From Pseudogymnoascus verrucosus (taxonomy: Eukaryota), in NCBI GenBank assembly GCA_001662655.1, contig KV460221.1: a stretch of DNA of 64,000 nucleotides. One strand, given 5' to 3'. The notes below the pieces were generated by a model. It was not told the DNA's origin. It saw only the letters and a list, made by a program, of their open reading frames with translations, and did not search any database. Position 1 is the stretch's first letter; each line of letters begins with the position of its first letter. Of this stretch, positions 62,908 to 64,000 are shown piece after piece. The position numbers and the translations under genes were made by a program.

Positions 62908-63294
62908 GCCGACTTTGTCTGGCTAGCAACAGAGCAACCTACGACGTTTTTCAAACCGTTTCATGCCGTTCGACCGGACGGAAGGTAGGATAACTCATGT
63001 GCCAGTGCTATATCAAAAGTCAACTGAACGGTTACGAATACTTGTGATTGCCTTTCACTTGCTGTGGGCTGCGATTCGGCCGACATGCGGCTGTAGAACC
63101 TTATTGATCTACAAGATCGTCACCAAACTATGCAAATATGCCGTAAGCAGCTGGATCCGTAAGCAGCTGGATTACGAGGGTGATCTAAGCTGAGCGAAAC
63201 ATAGAGGTGGCCAACCACAAGTGGCCCACGCGAGCTGAAGTCTCGTCCAAAGAGTCCACTCAAAAGCCACTATCCCGTTACGTTTGATTACAGA

Positions 63295-63582
63295 TCATTG
63301 ACGGGCTGTACGTAGGGAACTGGCGTTTACTTTGAATATTCGAGCTGCAGTAGTTGGCTTTTCGGAGGGGTTTTCGGACAGGAACTGGAGGGCGTCATCT
63401 CTTGGATTGGCAGATATTTCGTTTTCAGCTTGCATTGTATTCGTTATAATAGGGGTTGTGGTATTGACATTAAAGAACAAATCATTTGCATACAAAATTG
63501 TAGAGGAACCATTTCTCGGTTATGTACCTGACACGTCTCACTTTGCTTTCGCGTCTCACTTTGCTTTCGCCGACCACCCGTA
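63295..63582 (-). mobile_element. 5' end of a Fot1/pogo-like transposon (TIR plus truncated HTH)
   Basis: TA-CGGGTGGTCGG end with internal direct repeat GCGAAAGCAAAGTGAGAC x2; ORF DALQFLSENPSEKPTTAARIFKVNASSLR. Confidence 0.7.
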
Positions 63583-64000
63583 GGTGGTCGGTGCGGACAC
63601 CGACGATTACATATCAAGATTTTCATTATGAAAGCACGGCCTATTTTCCGCAATACATCTCATCAATATTAAGTGCTGCGTTACAAAAGTACGGTCAGAT
63701 TTCCGCATCTTTCAGCGTTTTGTTATGACTGTTCAGTAATCACTAGAGTCGTTCATAGTTGTGGGATTCTCATTCCGTGCCTTGGATAGGGGTGGCGATG
63801 CCGCCAAGTGCCAACACCGGCGCCAAGCTCAGTATCGCCCGACAATGAAGGTGATACTGGGCACCACTCCTCTGATACTAGCTCAGGGGTAGAATATTAG
63901 ACTATATTGAGTAAGTAGGGGTTGCGATGGAGTACCGCTTAGCTAATCGGGGTCGTCCCGAAATTTTCGGCTGGCATCCCGAGGCCCTAATTGATTATTC

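Overview
Left end of a filamentous-ascomycete (Pezizomycotina-type) chromosome. It starts with a (CCCTAA)n telomere and runs through about 64 kb of subtelomeric, rearrangement-rich DNA. The first 8.2 kb holds two tandem, RIP-damaged telomere-linked-helicase (TLH/RecQ)-related elements on the minus strand. Both carry what reads as a tyrosine-recombinase catalytic set (R...K...xxR...GH-x8-Y) plus a DUF3505/OrsD-like zinc-finger domain, but in permuted order. They are separated by a 45-bp-period repeat-spacer array. The telomere is joined directly inside the terminal helicase ORF at its CRR zinc motif. Further in are a RIP-mutated hAT transposon with a nested solo LTR, three APH-like kinase genes or pseudogenes, and many fused gene fragments. 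These are followed by an apparently intact three-gene catabolic module (double Zn2Cys6 TF, M20 amidohydrolase, Dal5-like MFS), a five-gene metabolic cluster destroyed by RIP (29.4-38.6 kb), Fot1/pogo and LINE remnants, and a DHA1 MFS. The distal part is a detox-like region with three Ure2-type GSTs, a pirin fragment, an epimerase, an S9 peptidase, an amidase and a DUF3723-like remnant. All family calls come from motif recognition by eye; no searches were run.
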